Assembly: GCA_013239625.1 (NCBI GenBank)
Contig: MU053304.1
Location: forward strand, 1,612,001-1,676,000
Source: Lama guanicoe
Lineage: Eukaryota
Direction of reading: 5' to 3'
DNA: 64,000 nucleotides
The notes under the pieces were generated by a model. The model ran no database searches, was not told the DNA's origin, and saw only the letters and a program-made list of their open reading frames with translations. Below, in pieces: positions 12,846 through 26,600 of the stretch. The position numbers and the translations under genes are program-made. Position 1 is the first letter of the stretch. The number at the start of each line of letters is the position of its first letter.

Positions 12846-13320
12846 CAGTCAGGACGGTTTCAGTTTTAGGTGATGGAAAACCCTCTCGACCTGGTTTGAG
12901 TGAAAAGGAGAACCTCACTGGCGTACACAGCTGTACGCCTAGCAGGTTCCAGAAGCTACAGACGATGCCACGAAGACCTGATCGCTCTCTGACCGCCTGG
13001 AGCCTTGCCCCTCCGGGTTGGCTGCACCCACAGGCAGGTCGTGCCTGGTGGCAAGAAGGCTGCTTGCAGCTCCAGGCTCACAGCACCTCAGCTCCAGCAG
13101 AGGTAAAGGGAACGCTCCTTTCTCAACTGTCTCAGCACCTCATTGGCTTGGACTGGCTTGGACTGAGTTCTCTGAGTCTCGCTGGCGATCGGCAATGGCG
13201 GGCCCAGCTATTCAGACCACGTGCAGGGAGGGTGAGGGAGGCGTGGTTTCTTCTGAGGAGCATCAGGGCACCGTTACCACAAGAAGGGAGACAGGTGCTG
13301 GGGGCAAAAACATCAGCTCT
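12846..13320. mobile_element. Old MLT1-like LTR
   Basis: cagtcaggacggtttcagtt..gaaaaccc..tggtttgagtgaaaagg; cattggcttggactggcttgg; cactgttaccaca-like end. Confidence 0.5.
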
Positions 13321-14620
13321 TAACATGTGTTCTAAGGACAGGCAATATAATGGGCTTGACTGGCCAGTGAGGAGGTCTGGTGGGCAAAGGCTCCCCAACA
13401 GGGACAACTGGCTGAATGAAAACACGAGATCCTCTCTCTAGAGGAGATGGAACTGGAGGCCCAGAACTGAGCGGTTGGTAGGGCAGGATAAACAGAAGGA
13501 CATGGAGACCGAGTGACAGGGAGGGAGACGGAGTGGTCAGGCGCTCCGGGAGAGGAGCAGGTAAGACCCAGTGGACTTGTGCTGCGGGATGAAGCTGGAC
13601 CAGAGCTGCAGTCCCTCCCACCTGGCTGTCCTGGGGCGCCTGGGACCCGCTGGTCCTCAAGCCTCGGATACGTGGCTGAGCTGCTAGGACGCCCATCGTT
13701 GTCTCCAGGTGCTTCCCCATGATGAAGACTTGCTGCATTTAGTGAGATGAGGAACCCAGAGGAACTCAGAGGACCTGACCGACACTTTCATGCAGGGAAG
13801 ATAAAGACAAACGAGAAGGAAAAGAATGAAAGGAACAGAATGTGGTCAGGGTAGAGCGCAGCCTCCTGTGCTCTCAGGAGCCCAGGTGCTGTGCCAGGGT
13901 GGCGCTGGGGCTGGGTAGACTCCCAGAATCCATCTATCTCTGGCCCGACTTTAATTCTAAGCAGCTAGCTGGAGAGGTTCATGCCCTCTCCCTGCCCCCA
14001 CCCCCTCCTCCAAGTCCTGAAGAAGTTCAAGGTCACAGCAAGCTTCCAGGAAGGTGAGTCATGCTGTCTACTGGCTGGGCAGCTTTAGGCCCATCTAAAA
14101 GTTGAGTTCTTTACCAAAAGGTGAGAATGAGTGGCAACTTGCTAACTCAGCCACACCCCAAAAGCCAAGCTTCATGCCCCCTTCTCTCACCACACCCACC
14201 CAAGGTCATGTTCCTTCTCTGGGTGTCTTGTTTTTTTGCTTCTCTCTTGGCCAGTAGCTTGCACACAGTTAAGAATGGTCTCTTCAAGCTCCCTCTTTAC
14301 CTTTGTATTTCAGTTCCCTGCAGCTAACTGACCACATCCCTTTGAGTCTCTTAGTCCAAATTTTCAAGAGAAGGCTCATCTTTTCACCCTAGGCCACACA
14401 AGTCATGTGGTTGCTGGTTAGCCAATGGAGCAACTGACCTAGAGACAGGTGTCCATCTTGGTCCAATTAATTGTGCACGGGGAGGGGCAGGGGGTGGCCC
14501 ACTACCCATGGTGACATCTCAGACAGGGCTCAGACATGCAATGACTGATGCCAGACAACGGTATTTCCCACCCACCAATTCAGGTGAGTCAAGCAGGTGG
14601 CCATCAATATCCTCACATAA

Positions 14621-15048
14621 CCTATTAGTTTCCTAGGACTGCTGTGACACGTTACCACAAACTAGGTGGCTTCAAACAACAGAACTTTATTGCCTCACAC
14701 TTCTGGAGGTTAGAGGTCCGGAATCACAGTGCTGGCAGAGCCATGCTCCCTCTACGGTCGGTAGAGGAATCCTCCTGGGCCTCTTCCGAGCCTCTGCAGT
14801 TTGCCAGCAGTCTTTGCAATCCCTGTCTGCATCACTCCGGGTCTGCCCTGGTCATGACATCACCTTGTGTGTCTGTCTTCTCAGGGCTGTCTCCTCATAA
14901 AGACATAGGTCATTTTGGATTTGGGCCCACCCTACATAACTAGTAACACATGCAATAATCCTATTTCTTAATAATGTCACTATATGAGGTAATGGGGCTA
15001 AGATGTTAGCATGTATTTTTGGGGGAGAACACAATTCAACCCATAACA
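14621..15048 (-). mobile_element. MLT1 (MLT1B/C-like) solo LTR
   Basis: tattagtttcctaggactgctgtgac..ttaccacaaactaggtggcttcaaacaacagaa..ttctggagg; ends acacaattcaacccataaca. Confidence 0.85.
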
Positions 15049-16382
15049 AATACCTACATGGGTTAAACAATTGCAAATCAGACACATACTGTTTCAGCAG
15101 AGTTACTCCCAAATGCACAATCCTTCTGTGAAAGGCATATAACTGCAGCGAACACTATGATGAGGATGTGCCTACTGTGTGTTCGTGTATTCACCAAATG
15201 TTCCTAGTGCTGTTGCTTATTAATAAAGTAGTCTTGGTGTTACTAACCTCCCTCCAAAAAAAAGAAAAAAGGTTTAAAAAAATTCTGTATTCAAAGGTAA
15301 TATAGAGGAATAATTTTTGTTTCACTTGTTTTAAGATTCTTTAGTCACTGCTTAAATAAGGTCTACTAATTAGAAAAAATAACATGATACAGTAGGCAAA
15401 AAGCTAAAGCACTAAAAATATGCCCTACTGCCTCTGAGGTTCTTCAGAGCGTCTCACGTGGAAACTTGGTAAAAGCTTGTACAGGCCGAGATGGCCTCTG
15501 TCTTTAAGCAAGAGAGAACCTTGGGTAACAACTTCAGGAAGGAATGACGGTGAGGATGAGAGTAACGGAGGAGCTGGAGGCAGCCCCTGAGACCGAGGTC
15601 AGCATAAACGGGTCTGAACTTGTATACAGTTTTTCTTTTGAACGCTAACCTCTCCCTTAAAAAAATGCGAGAGACATTTTAAAGGTCTTACAGAGAAGAA
15701 AGACTCATCTTGGAACTAGAGGAACCTACCACGATAGTGTAAGGTAGGGAAGGAAATTGTCAATAATCTGTCTATCTTACTTCATAAAACCCTTAAAGGG
15801 TTATTATAAGATAGAAAGTATTGTCTCCATATTTTTTTGGTGGGGGTAAGAAAATGAGACCATTTCAAGAATTTTATTGCCCACTGCACTCTCCCCCATT
15901 TCTTCCTCATCGCTGGGGCCAAAGTCACAGTTCAGTCCATCTGGCAGCTTCAACGTCATTCTCCTCTGCAAAAATCCTCAGTGGATCCCTATTACCTAGA
16001 ACACTTGTTTTCATAGTTTTTTGTAGCAGAACTCTTTTATTGAGGGACATTCTGTGTAAGATTTTTATCTATATTTATATTTGTATTGATTTAGGTTTAT
16101 CTATTGAATAAAAGGGGTATTTTATGTAGATCTTTTTATAAGATCAGATTAATAGTATTTACTTACTATCAAGTTAATGAGAACAAAGAAACTGATTTGA
16201 TAAAAAGAGAACTTTGAAATTCAGCAGTGAAATAATAGGTGAAAGGAATATTCGTGTTACTCAGCAGCAGTAGTCAATTTCTGCATTTTACTATAAGGAA
16301 AACCCCGATCCCCATGCAGATAATCGTAGTCTGTCCTCCACATTATATCCAAAATAATCTTTTAAAAATGCAAACCTGATTA

Positions 16383-16530
16383 CCATACTTCATCAACTCT
16401 AAAATGCCACTGACTGTAAGTTGTATCATTATTTTATGTCTAGCTCAGAAAGAAAAAAACGCTAGTTAAACTTTGATTTTGGAGATATTACGGTGTAAAA
16501 AAAGTGTGTCACACAATCATCGGGATATAG
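16383..16530. mobile_element. MER104/Kanga-like TcMar MITE
   Basis: TA|ccatacttcatcaactctaaaatgccactgactgtaag.. with a degenerate inverted end tgtgtc..caatcatcgggatatag. Confidence 0.5.
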
Positions 16531-16589
16531 CATGCCAGCCACTTCATTCTTTTAACAAACCAATGGCCTCTGTCTGGTTCTCTCAGTAT

Positions 16590-16960
16590 CCAGACAAACT
16601 AGAAGCCAGCATGGCCTCAGCACCCTGCTCTCTGCCCTCTCTCTACACTGGCCGTTCCACTAACCAAATCTTCCAGATCGCAGATGAAGCTTCACTTCCT
16701 CTGGAGAGCATTCCCTGACCTCCCTGACCAGACACATCCTCAGGCACTTGGGTGTCCCTCCTTGACAGCACTTCCCACGGTTGGCATCTGGTTTGGTTGA
16801 CCTCTTAGTTTGGCTTATGTGTTTATCTCATCAGCATCTAGCTCCATGAGGGTGGAGAACAGGAACTTTTGCACCCTACTGTATCCTGAGTGCTTGGCAC
16901 AGCACCCAGTAGCACCTGGTAGGCAGAAGGCACTCAAATATTTGTTGGATGAATGAATTG
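16590..16960. mobile_element. L2 3' end
   Basis: agctccatgagggtggag..ctgtatcctgagtgcttggcacag..cctgg..aggcactcaaatatttgttggatgaatgaa. Confidence 0.65.
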
Positions 16961-17964
16961 AAATCATTTTTTAAAAATTCACATGGCTGATTTTAGAATA
17001 TGTACTCTTCAAAGGATTCAGAAAATCCAAAAAAGTAAGAGTAGTTAAGACTTCTGTTTCAGAGTTGGATGATTAACAATTATCTAACAAATTCTTGTCT
17101 CCTTATCACAAATGCCAACTTCAGACAAAAAGTACTGAAAATTACTATGTGTTAAGACCCTCTCTAGCTTGATGTCACTATCACAAGGCATTTTTGTGAA
17201 CTGTCAGTGGTTTAAGGTTCTGTTCTGAGCTGGAATATCTGATTTTCAGGCTTACTCTCTGCCCTGATTATACCTGCCTTGTACAGGCATGAATCCAGAG
17301 GGTTGGTCAGAGCTCAGCTTTCCCAAACAATGACACATTTGTAAGACATTCTACAGTATTTACAGCAATGACAGATGCTTTTCTCTGTGGCCTGTACCAA
17401 AACATGTTCATCTCGATTTTTGGAAGCACAAGATGATAAAATTTGGTATATAAAACATTTGAAGGTGTTTGTATTTCTTTTATATTACAAGTTTTAAATT
17501 AGTGAAAAATATTCCCAGAGAGGAGATTTGAATAAAATGCTTGTGGAACCTCATAAGTGCATTTATTTGCAAAACCAAAGGGTAATTTGAAAATCACTGA
17601 CTGGCTGAATCCAGTCTTAATTCTCGATTCACCAGGCATTTCCTGATCTGCTCCCCGGCTGCTTCTTGGTGGTCCCCATCCAGGTTTTCTTCCTTAACAT
17701 CCAGGGGAACAAGCTCTGTGCTTGCACATCCTGGGCCCACAGGACTGTCCCCACCTCTTCCTTGTCTTGGTCTCAGCTCACATCTAGTCCCCCTGAAGTC
17801 TGCTCTGACCACCTCCTGCTATTCAGGATTCTGTCCAGTGCTCTCCCCAGAAAGCTCACATCTCTGCTGCACAGGTCACCGTGCTGTAGTCTGTCTGTCT
17901 GTCTCCCCACAGCCTGCAAGCTTCTTGAGGGAAGCCCTTGCTCTCACAGCCTTGACAACCTGAA

Positions 17965-18560
17965 TGGTTTCAACTTTTGCCAGTGGAAAACTTGGTATCT
18001 TGTGGTTTTAAATTATATTTCCTTGATCACTTAGTAAGGTTGCTAGTACGCATTTTTCATATGTTTACTTGTCATGTGTATTTCTTCAGGTGACTGTCCA
18101 TCTCTTTTGCCTATTTCTCCATGAGGCTTTCTTACTAATTTGTAAGACTGATCACCTTTGGATACAGAGCATATTAGCCCTCTGCCTTGTAAATATGTGG
18201 CCAAAATTTATTCATTTTAAGTATCATTCTCAAAATAAAATTTTATTTTAAATGTACTTGGTCTGCCATTCTTTTCCATTACAGCTTTCAGATTCAGAAT
18301 ACTGCATAGGCTTCACCTCCACATTAAAAAAATTTCACTTTTTTACATATGGTAGTTTCATAGTGCGTGCTGGTGTATATAGCATTTAGCTCTTCAACCC
18401 ATATAAGATTTTTATAGGTAGTATGAGAGTACACATTTTTAAATGCACGTATGCGATGGGATTTCCTTAATTTTTTCTATTTTTGTGATAAATTTGATAG
18501 CCAACTGTCACAATAATTATGGAGTAGTTCTCCATTTCCCCACTGATTTGAAATGTCAAG
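17965..18560 (-). mobile_element. Ancient L1 (L1M-type) fragment
   Basis: tggtatcttgtggttttaaattatatttccttgatcac..catttttcatatgtttac is antisense L1 ORF2-like sequence. Confidence 0.55.
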
Positions 18561-19124
18561 TGGGCATTTTAGATGAGACTCAAAGAAGGGGACTGGATCT
18601 GGATGCGGGGAGACCAACAGGAAGTCACCCAGGTGACTGGGGCCAAGTGTGTAGCAATTCCATGGGAAAGGGATGGGTGTTACTTAGAAACGGTGAGCAC
18701 AGTGGTCCCGGAGCCTGGAAACACACAATGTATAATGATCTGAAGAAAGATTTGGAGAAAAACAGCAAATTTTAGTGTCTAACTAAAGTTTGGGTTTGTT
18801 TTGGTTTTGGTTTTTTAAAAATAAAATTCGCTATCCAGTCAAAATAGAAACTAACAAACTTGAAATAAAATGAGATATAGTTAATCTGAGTTTAAAAACT
18901 TACAGGAAACATCATACTTTATAGTGAAATATTAAAAGCTTTCCTCCTAAGTCCAGGAACAACATAGGAACACCTGGTATTATTTCTCTTCAACATTTTG
19001 GTGGAAATCTTAGCCATTGCAGTAAGGCAAGGATAAAGAAGATATGAAGATTAGCAAAGAAGAATATATGTCATTATTCTGAGATGACATGAATGTGTCA
19101 GAAAATCTGAAAGAATTATAAATT

Positions 19125-21364
19125 CTTTTAGGCAGTACATTCTTTGACACGGGTCTTAGCAGTATTTTTTTTTTTTGGCTCTGTCTCCTCAGGCAAGGGA
19201 AACAAAATCGAAAATAAACAAATAGGACTACATCAAACCAAAATGCATTTGCACAGGAATCTATCAACAGAACTAAAAAGCTCCCAACTGAATGGGAGAA
19301 GATATGTACAAACTATATCAGATAAGAGGTTAATATCCAATATATACAAAGAACTCTTACAACCCAACAACAATAAAAAACAAATAACCCCACCCCAATG
19401 TTTATAGCAGCACTATTTACAAAAGCCAAGACATGGAAACAACCTAAATGTCCACTGACAGATGACTAGATAAAAAAGTTGTGGTGTATGTATACAATGA
19501 AATACTACTCAGCCATAAAAAATAAAATAATGCCATTTGCAGCAACACGGATGGCCCTGGAGAATGTCATTCTAAGTGAAGAAAACCAGAGAGAGAAAGA
19601 AAAATACCATACATCACTCATATGTGGAATATTAAAAAAAAAAAAGATACTCCAACAGAAAAAAAAAGACAAATGAACTTATTTATAAAATAGAAACAGA
19701 CTCACAAACATAGAAAACAACCTTATGGTTACCAAGGGGGAAGAGGGTGGGAAGGGATAAATTGGGAGTTTGAGATTTGCAGATGCTAACTGGTATATAT
19801 AAAATAGCTAAACAAGTTTATACTGTATAGCACAGGGAAATATATTCAATATCTTGTAGTAGCTTATGGTGAAAAAGAATATGAAAATGAATATATGTAT
19901 ATTCATGTAGGACTGAAGCATTGTGCTGTACACCAGAAATTGACACATTGTAAACTGACTATACGTCAATAAAAAAAAGTAAAGATAAAAAAACAAAAAC
20001 AGAAACAAAAAAACCAAATAACCCAATTAAAAGATGGGCAGAGGACCTGAAAAGACATTTTCCCAAAGACGTACAGATGGTCAACAGACACATGAAAAGA
20101 TGCACAACATCACTCATCATCAGGGAAATGCAAATCATAACCACAATGAGATATCACTTCTTATCTGTCAGAATGGCCATCATCAAAAAGACAACAAATA
20201 ACAAGCACTGGTGAGGATGTAGAGAAAAGGGAATCCTCGTGCACTGCTGGTGGGAAGTAAATTGTTGCAGTTACTATGGAAAACAGTATGGAAGTTCCTC
20301 AAAAAATTAAAATAGGACTAACATATGATCCAACAATTCCACTTCTGGGTATTTTTCAAAAGAAAACAAAAACACTAATTTGAAAAGATATATACACCAC
20401 TATGTACACTGCAGCATTCTTCACAATAGCCAAGATATGGAAGCAACTTAAGTGCCTATCAATAGATGAATGTATAAAGAAGATATGGTATATGTACACA
20501 CACACAGTGGAATATTACTCAGCGATAAAAAAATGATTTTTTTTGCCATCTGTGACAACATGGATAGATCCAGAAGGTATTATGCTAAGTGAAATAAGTC
20601 AGAGAAAGACAAATGCCATATGGCTTCACTTACATGTGGAATCTGAAAAACAAAACAAATGAACAAATATAACGAAACAGAAAATCATACATATAGAGAA
20701 CAAACAGGTGGCTGCCAGAAGGGAGAGGGATGGGGGTGCTGAATGAAATAGGTGAGAGAAATTGAGAGGTACAAACTTTTGGTCACAAAATAAATCAGTG
20801 ACAGGGATGAAATGTATGGAGTGGGAATATAGTCAATAATAATGTAATATTATATCTGTAGGGGGACAGATGGTAATTAGACTTATCACGGTCATCATTT
20901 TGTAACGTGCAGAAATATAGAATCACTATTTTGTGCACTAGGAACTAACATAGTGTTGTAGGTCAATTATACTTCAACAAACAAACTTATTGAAAAAAGA
21001 GATCAGATTTGTGGTGGCCAGAGGCAGGGACTCTGGGGAAGGGGAACTGGATGAAGGTAGCCAAAAGGTACAAACTTTCAGTTATGAGATAAATAAGTAC
21101 TAGGGATGTAATATACAACGTAATATATTAACACTGCTATATGTTATATATGAAAGTTGTTAATAGAGTAAATCCTAAAAGTTCTCATTGCTAGGAAAAA
21201 TTTTTTTCTTTTATTTTGTATTGATATGAGATGATGGATGTTCACTAAACTTACTGTGGTCATCATTTTGTAATGTATGTCAGTTAAATCAGTATGCTGT
21301 ATACCTGAAACTTATACAGGGCTGTATGTCAAATACATCTCAATAAAACTGGAAGAAAAAAATT
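19125..21364 (+). mobile_element. Intermediate-age L1 3' portion (ORF2 end plus composite 3' UTR)
   Basis: ORF2-like aaatgcaaatc..acaatgagatatcac..; ends atctcaataaaactggaagaaaaa; perfect 15-bp TSD AAAGAATTATAAATT at 19110-19124 and 21365-21379. Confidence 0.88.
19391..20010 (+). mobile_element. Younger lineage-specific L1 3' end nested in the intermediate L1
   Basis: caccccaatgtttatagcagcactatttac..gactatacgtcaataaaaaaaa; TSD core CAAATAACCC at 19381-19390 and 20015-20024. Confidence 0.88.
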
Positions 21365-23539
21365 AAAGAATTATAAATTATTAGTGTTAGTGACTTAGCA
21401 AGATCACCAGATGAAAGGAAACTTACCAGAAGCAAAAATCGATTGTGTTTTTATTACTAGGTCCAAATGTAAAATATAATTGTTAAAAGGAATTTAACTT
21501 ACAATAGAATAAAAAAATTCAAACACCTAGAATTCTAACAAAATATATGTAAGATTTCCACACTGTAAGAAATCTTTGAGCAAAATTAAAGCACACCTAA
21601 AAAATTCTAAAAGGAAAGATATACTGTATTTGTGGATTGGAAACCTCATACTGTAAAGATGCCAATTCACCACACATGGATCTATACATTCATTACAATC
21701 CCAATCAAAACATCAATAGGTATTTCTGTGGAAATATAAGCTGATGATAATAACAATAATAATTAAAAAAAACACAGCCGTGAGATGACTAACGAGTTAC
21801 TTCAGTCATTTTCACATTAAAGTGACGTTTGATTGATTTGGCACTGAGAGAAGACAATGCAACATAAATACTTAACATTTCTTCAGTACCAGGTGCACTG
21901 CTGGCTGTTTTCCAAAGGGCATTCCCCAGAACCGCAGATTCTGAGATGCTCAGAGAAAAGGGGTTGGGGAGTCGGGGGCTCATGAGTAGGAAATGCTCCT
22001 GCTACAGTTTCCTCTCGGAGATTCATGCTGCACAGCAGGACTTTAAAACCTCTGAGAAATTTCGGAGAAGAAAAGCAAATAGAATCGTGTTGAACCCAGG
22101 ATTTTCCCATCTTATTTGATCATGATCTCTCTTTGAGGAACACTGGCCTGGAGTGCTTTTTATATATTTTTGGTGCTCACCATTATCTGTGAAGGAGCCA
22201 TGGGTGGAATTATTCATTTTACAGATGGGGAAATGAAACCTCAGGCAGGTGAAGACTTACACCAGGTCATGTAGCTACTAATACAGAACCTACCATGCAA
22301 ACTCAATTTTTCTAAAAAAAGAAAAAAAAATTCAGTGCTTTTTCCAGGGACAAACATTACTTTCATCTGAAAGAACATTTCAGAGATGGACTGAACCTTA
22401 GTTACTGATCTCTTAAGACTAGTAACCTTATTATGTTGATGAAGCAACTAGGACCCAGACAAATTAAGTGTCTTGCCCCAGGTCAAGAGTGTGCAGACTA
22501 GCAAGAGGAATGAAAGGATCCATGACTCAGTGACTCCCAATTAAGTGCTCTACTGCCCCATATAATTAGGAGGCAAATCTGTGTCAATGGAGGGTGAGAC
22601 CAAATTAACTGCCCAGGTTGAGGAGGCGCTCAGAGATGCTGAACGAACCATTTACCTGGGAGAAGTTGTCATGTAATTTCGAAATGAGGATTTCAGAGTC
22701 ATTTGATGACCAGGTTACAATAAAGTACAGAATATTGTTATTTTTAAAAGTTTAATCACCTTGCTTGTATTATTTTACCTCTCTACCCCACAAAGTGCCA
22801 CAGGCCATTTGAAAAAATTAAAAGGAATATGAATTTATGATTAAAAGCGATGTCACAACTCTAATGGGGCCCATCCTGGAGTGTCACAGGCTGGGCATCA
22901 TTTTTCTGAGGTGTCAGATACGAGGAACGGCAGAGGCATAATGCAGGAGGCACGAACACCTGGTAGAGCCGGCACGGCAGGGTGGCTGCAGGTGCTGCCA
23001 TCAGAAACACCAAAACATTCCTGGATGCGGGCCTTGTGCAGGGTTGGGCTGAAACTTCTAAAATGCGGCGAAGGAGGGAAAAGCCCATCTCTGCTGGCAG
23101 AGGAACAAATGAGGGCTTTTGAGAGACAGCTGAAGAAGAGGAGGGTGAGTCGGGCCTCAAGCAGTGGGGAAGAGGAAACTAAGCGAATGCAGGCATTCCG
23201 CTGACCTTTGTACTTTAAAAAGAGCAGCAGTAGTATTTTCTCTGTAGAAACGTTTTGGCTGTGGCTGGGGGCCAGCAGGCGGAACGGGCAGCTTGGCTGT
23301 GAAGTTCCCTCAGCGGGAAAGTTCCACTACGGACAAGGAAAGAGTTCGCAGAGCCACATCCGTTTACTCTCCTCTGCTTTCCCTCCTCTAGGTATGTGAC
23401 TTGGAGACCCTATGTGGGGGGCAGGGCTAGGGCAGAGCATGATTTAGGGGTTCCTGGGTCCCCTGGGAAAATACTATCCTAACATCAAGTTGACTGCATT
23501 CTAACCAGCTCCTGAAATGTGCCAACTGGTGTCTATTTA

Positions 23540-23631
23540 TTTATTATTATTACTTTTAATGGAGGTACTAAGACCCAGGACCTCGTGCAGGCTAAGCATG
23601 TGCTCTACCACTGAGCTCTACCCACCCTCCT
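23540..23631 (-). mobile_element. tRNA-Ala-derived SINE with a partial B-box deletion
   Basis: ggaggtactaagacccaggacctcgtgcaggctaagcatgtgctctaccactgagct; 13-bp TSD TGGTGTCTATTTA at 23527-23539 and 23632-23644. Confidence 0.88.
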
Positions 23632-26600
23632 TGGTGTCTATTTAATATGATTTCAATTTACTTGAGAAATTCTGTTCTTTAAGCTTTACTGGAAGGCAAA
23701 TATATCTATTCAGTAAACCACCTTTGCCCATCTTATTCTCCTCATCTCTCTTTTAGTTCATTAGCATGATCTCATCTCACACCCAACAAGGCAAGGGATG
23801 GCAATCCTTCGGTCTCTCAAAAGTAATTACTACTTACATTGAAAACAAAAATAAAAGCAAAGAAGGTCAGGAGTTTCCAGACACTAAACTTTCCTTAAAT
23901 TTTTACAAGCAACCATTAACCCATTTTGCACCTCCTTTAAATTTGTAGAATGAGAATAATCCGCCACCATTCCCTCCAAAAGGAAAACACAGCAGGATCT
24001 TTGGTGACACAATTATCAGTGCTGCCCATGATTTAGTGTGGGACGTGGCTCAAATGGGGTGCTGCTGAGACAGGCAGAAGCTGATCCATAGAGCAGGGCA
24101 ACTTATCAAAGTTGTTATCCATGTACGTTTTCATTTAAAATCCTTATTGCTTTTCTCTGATTATAAAAATATTACTGTAGAAAAATTCAGATCTTTCAGA
24201 AATACATCATGCAGAAAGTGAAAGCAATCCGTAACTCCATCCTTAAGAATGAATCACTCTACCTTTTAACTCTAACATTTATTTAAAAGAAAATAAAACT
24301 GTTGTTGTTTTGTAAATGGGATCATACTATATTTAACCCAGCAACTTGCTTTCCTTGCTTAAGATTTCATTTGGTCTGAATAAATGAGAGCTTCATCTCA
24401 TCTCTTTAAAAAGACTGAATAGTCTATACCAAAATGTTTTTACAATTATTTTACTTTGGTGAACATTCTTGCTCACATATCCTTGCACACATGTGAAAGC
24501 AGCTTTGGATATATAAAATCCTAGATAGGATTTGCTGGGGTGCATGTATTAACATTTTTTTTTTAGACTGTACTAAATTTCAAATCTTTCAAATTGGTCT
24601 GTGGCTTGAAGTGACCCTAGCACAATTCTATGCTGTGAAGTCTACCTCTAAGTCTAGTTTTCTTCAATTCCCTTCTCAAAAGTCACTGAGATGACAGTTT
24701 CCTGTCACAGGCTGGCCTGGAACCTCAGATGTTTTCACCTTATCCGTGCTACAGCTCTAAAGCATGTCAAAAATACTTGTCACTTTTGGGGAGAGAGCTT
24801 TTGGATTTTTTTTTTTTTCAGATGACAGTAGCTTTAGGTTATCTTTTTGGAGTTTTGAGTAGGATTTAATGAGATAGATAAAATAAGACTAATCTATTAT
24901 CCAATTCTTCCTTCTTTTAGCTGCTGGAGTGACTATAACATATTTGTGCTCTTGGGGCAAACACCTGTGTTATTAGGTGTCAGAGGTTATGTCTGCCAAC
25001 TCTCATCTACTTAGCACATGTTTACTGTTTCTAGCAGTTTCCCTGTATTTGTCACATTAAACCTAAGTCACCAGTTCTGACCACCTTAAGCAACACTTTC
25101 ATTTAGAGAGGGCAAATAAGACAGAATTTCAAGAGTAAAATACTTTTAATAGTACCCTCCTAGACCTCATAGTCTAAAATGATTTTTGCTTCCTCTGTAC
25201 TCATACATCTTAATATGTTTGCGCTATTCATTAACTTGGCAATTGCTCAAGAACTTCCTTTGGACTTCAAACAAAAGTTAAACCATTTGAGTGTTTATAT
25301 AAATCAAATCACTAACTATATTCTCCCTACTAGATTATATGCTTCATGAGAGGAGTAACTTTGGTTCACTGATGATTCCCTGAAACTAGAACAGTACCTG
25401 GCATATAAAAGATTTTCAACATTTGTTGAAGGAACGATAAATTCTTTGAAGCCAGGAATCTTCCTATATTTTGCATCCCCATAGTAAATGACAAGTTGCT
25501 CATTAAAATTAAGGAAAAGATCTTTATTCAGGAACACAACTTAAGATTTTCTTAGAAGCTGGCCTAAATAATACTGAAGATTCTTTCCAGCCCTAACTTA
25601 TTATACATCGACTAGTTTCCAAAGAATTAGAACCCAGCATACTACACATACTACTAAAACTAGAGTAAGAATAATTGGGTAAATCTCTGACTTAGAAAGC
25701 AGTACACTGATTTTTCTAAGATTTTGGATTATCATTATTAAGGTCAGATTTGAGAATTAAGCTATACTGACCCCAGGCTATATTCTGTAAGTTCCCTTTC
25801 TGAAAGAAAAAAAAAATCATGGCATCAAGTTTTTAACTGGGAGTGCCTCTGTAAGCATACAAGTATGACTTTAATGTCACTGTATAAGCAAAAAGGCAAA
25901 GGAATACAAATGTAGAATGTTTATATATTTTGGATCATGCCAGTGATGGTATGATGCTAATGAAAGGTACATCTACCTTTAAATTCATGTCAAATGTGCC
26001 GCTGTTTGGATTTAAAGCCAGTAAAAATAAAAGCAATGAAAAAGAATTAAAAAAGGGAAGCACAGTGAAAGAAGGATCCATTTAAATCTGGAGCATATTC
26101 TGGATAATATACAACATTTGGGGGAATAAAGGCAGAGAGTGAGAGAGAAAATGTACAAGAATCAATTTTAGAAAGTCGCTTGAGAAAAAAAGTCCATTTC
26201 ATAAAATGCATTTAATTCTAGTCTTTTAGTACTTATTTATGTCAGATCATCTCTAACGGGATGTTTGGTTTCCTGTGCTGAAACTTAGAAAAAAGTTATC
26301 TTGTGGTTACAAAATAGCATGTTCTCAAGATGCTTGACTGAAAAGACTATTTCTTTGGCTTACTATTTTTACAACAAATTTTACTTTAAAAAGAGATTGA
26401 ATTAATCAGATTTGAGATTAACTCTCCCTGGTAGAACTGTAGTGGATTAAAAAAAAAAAAAAGAAAATGGCTCAGAACTTGAAAAGAATTTTACACAGAC
26501 GCAATTGACAGAAAAAAACAGGGCCTGAAATAAAGGAGAATTTTTGATGCGTTAATAAAAGAAGAAAGAAAGAAAAAAAGAGAAAATGATACCTGAGGTA

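Larger units (their letters stand above)
18830..21750 (+). mobile_element. Ancient L1 ORF2 fragment hosting nested L1s; host segments ~18830-19124 and ~21365-21750
   Basis: aacatcatactt..aaagctttcctcctaag..caggaacaa..gcagtaaggcaa..gatgacatga; resumes ttagcaagatc..tggattggaaacctcat..aaagatgccaattc..caatcccaatcaaaa. Confidence 0.75.

Noticed and set aside
12896..13738. Overlapping 181-aa and 141-aa ORFs
   Set aside because: Non-ATG starts, overlap with an MLT1-like LTR, no recognisable domain and an intronic location.
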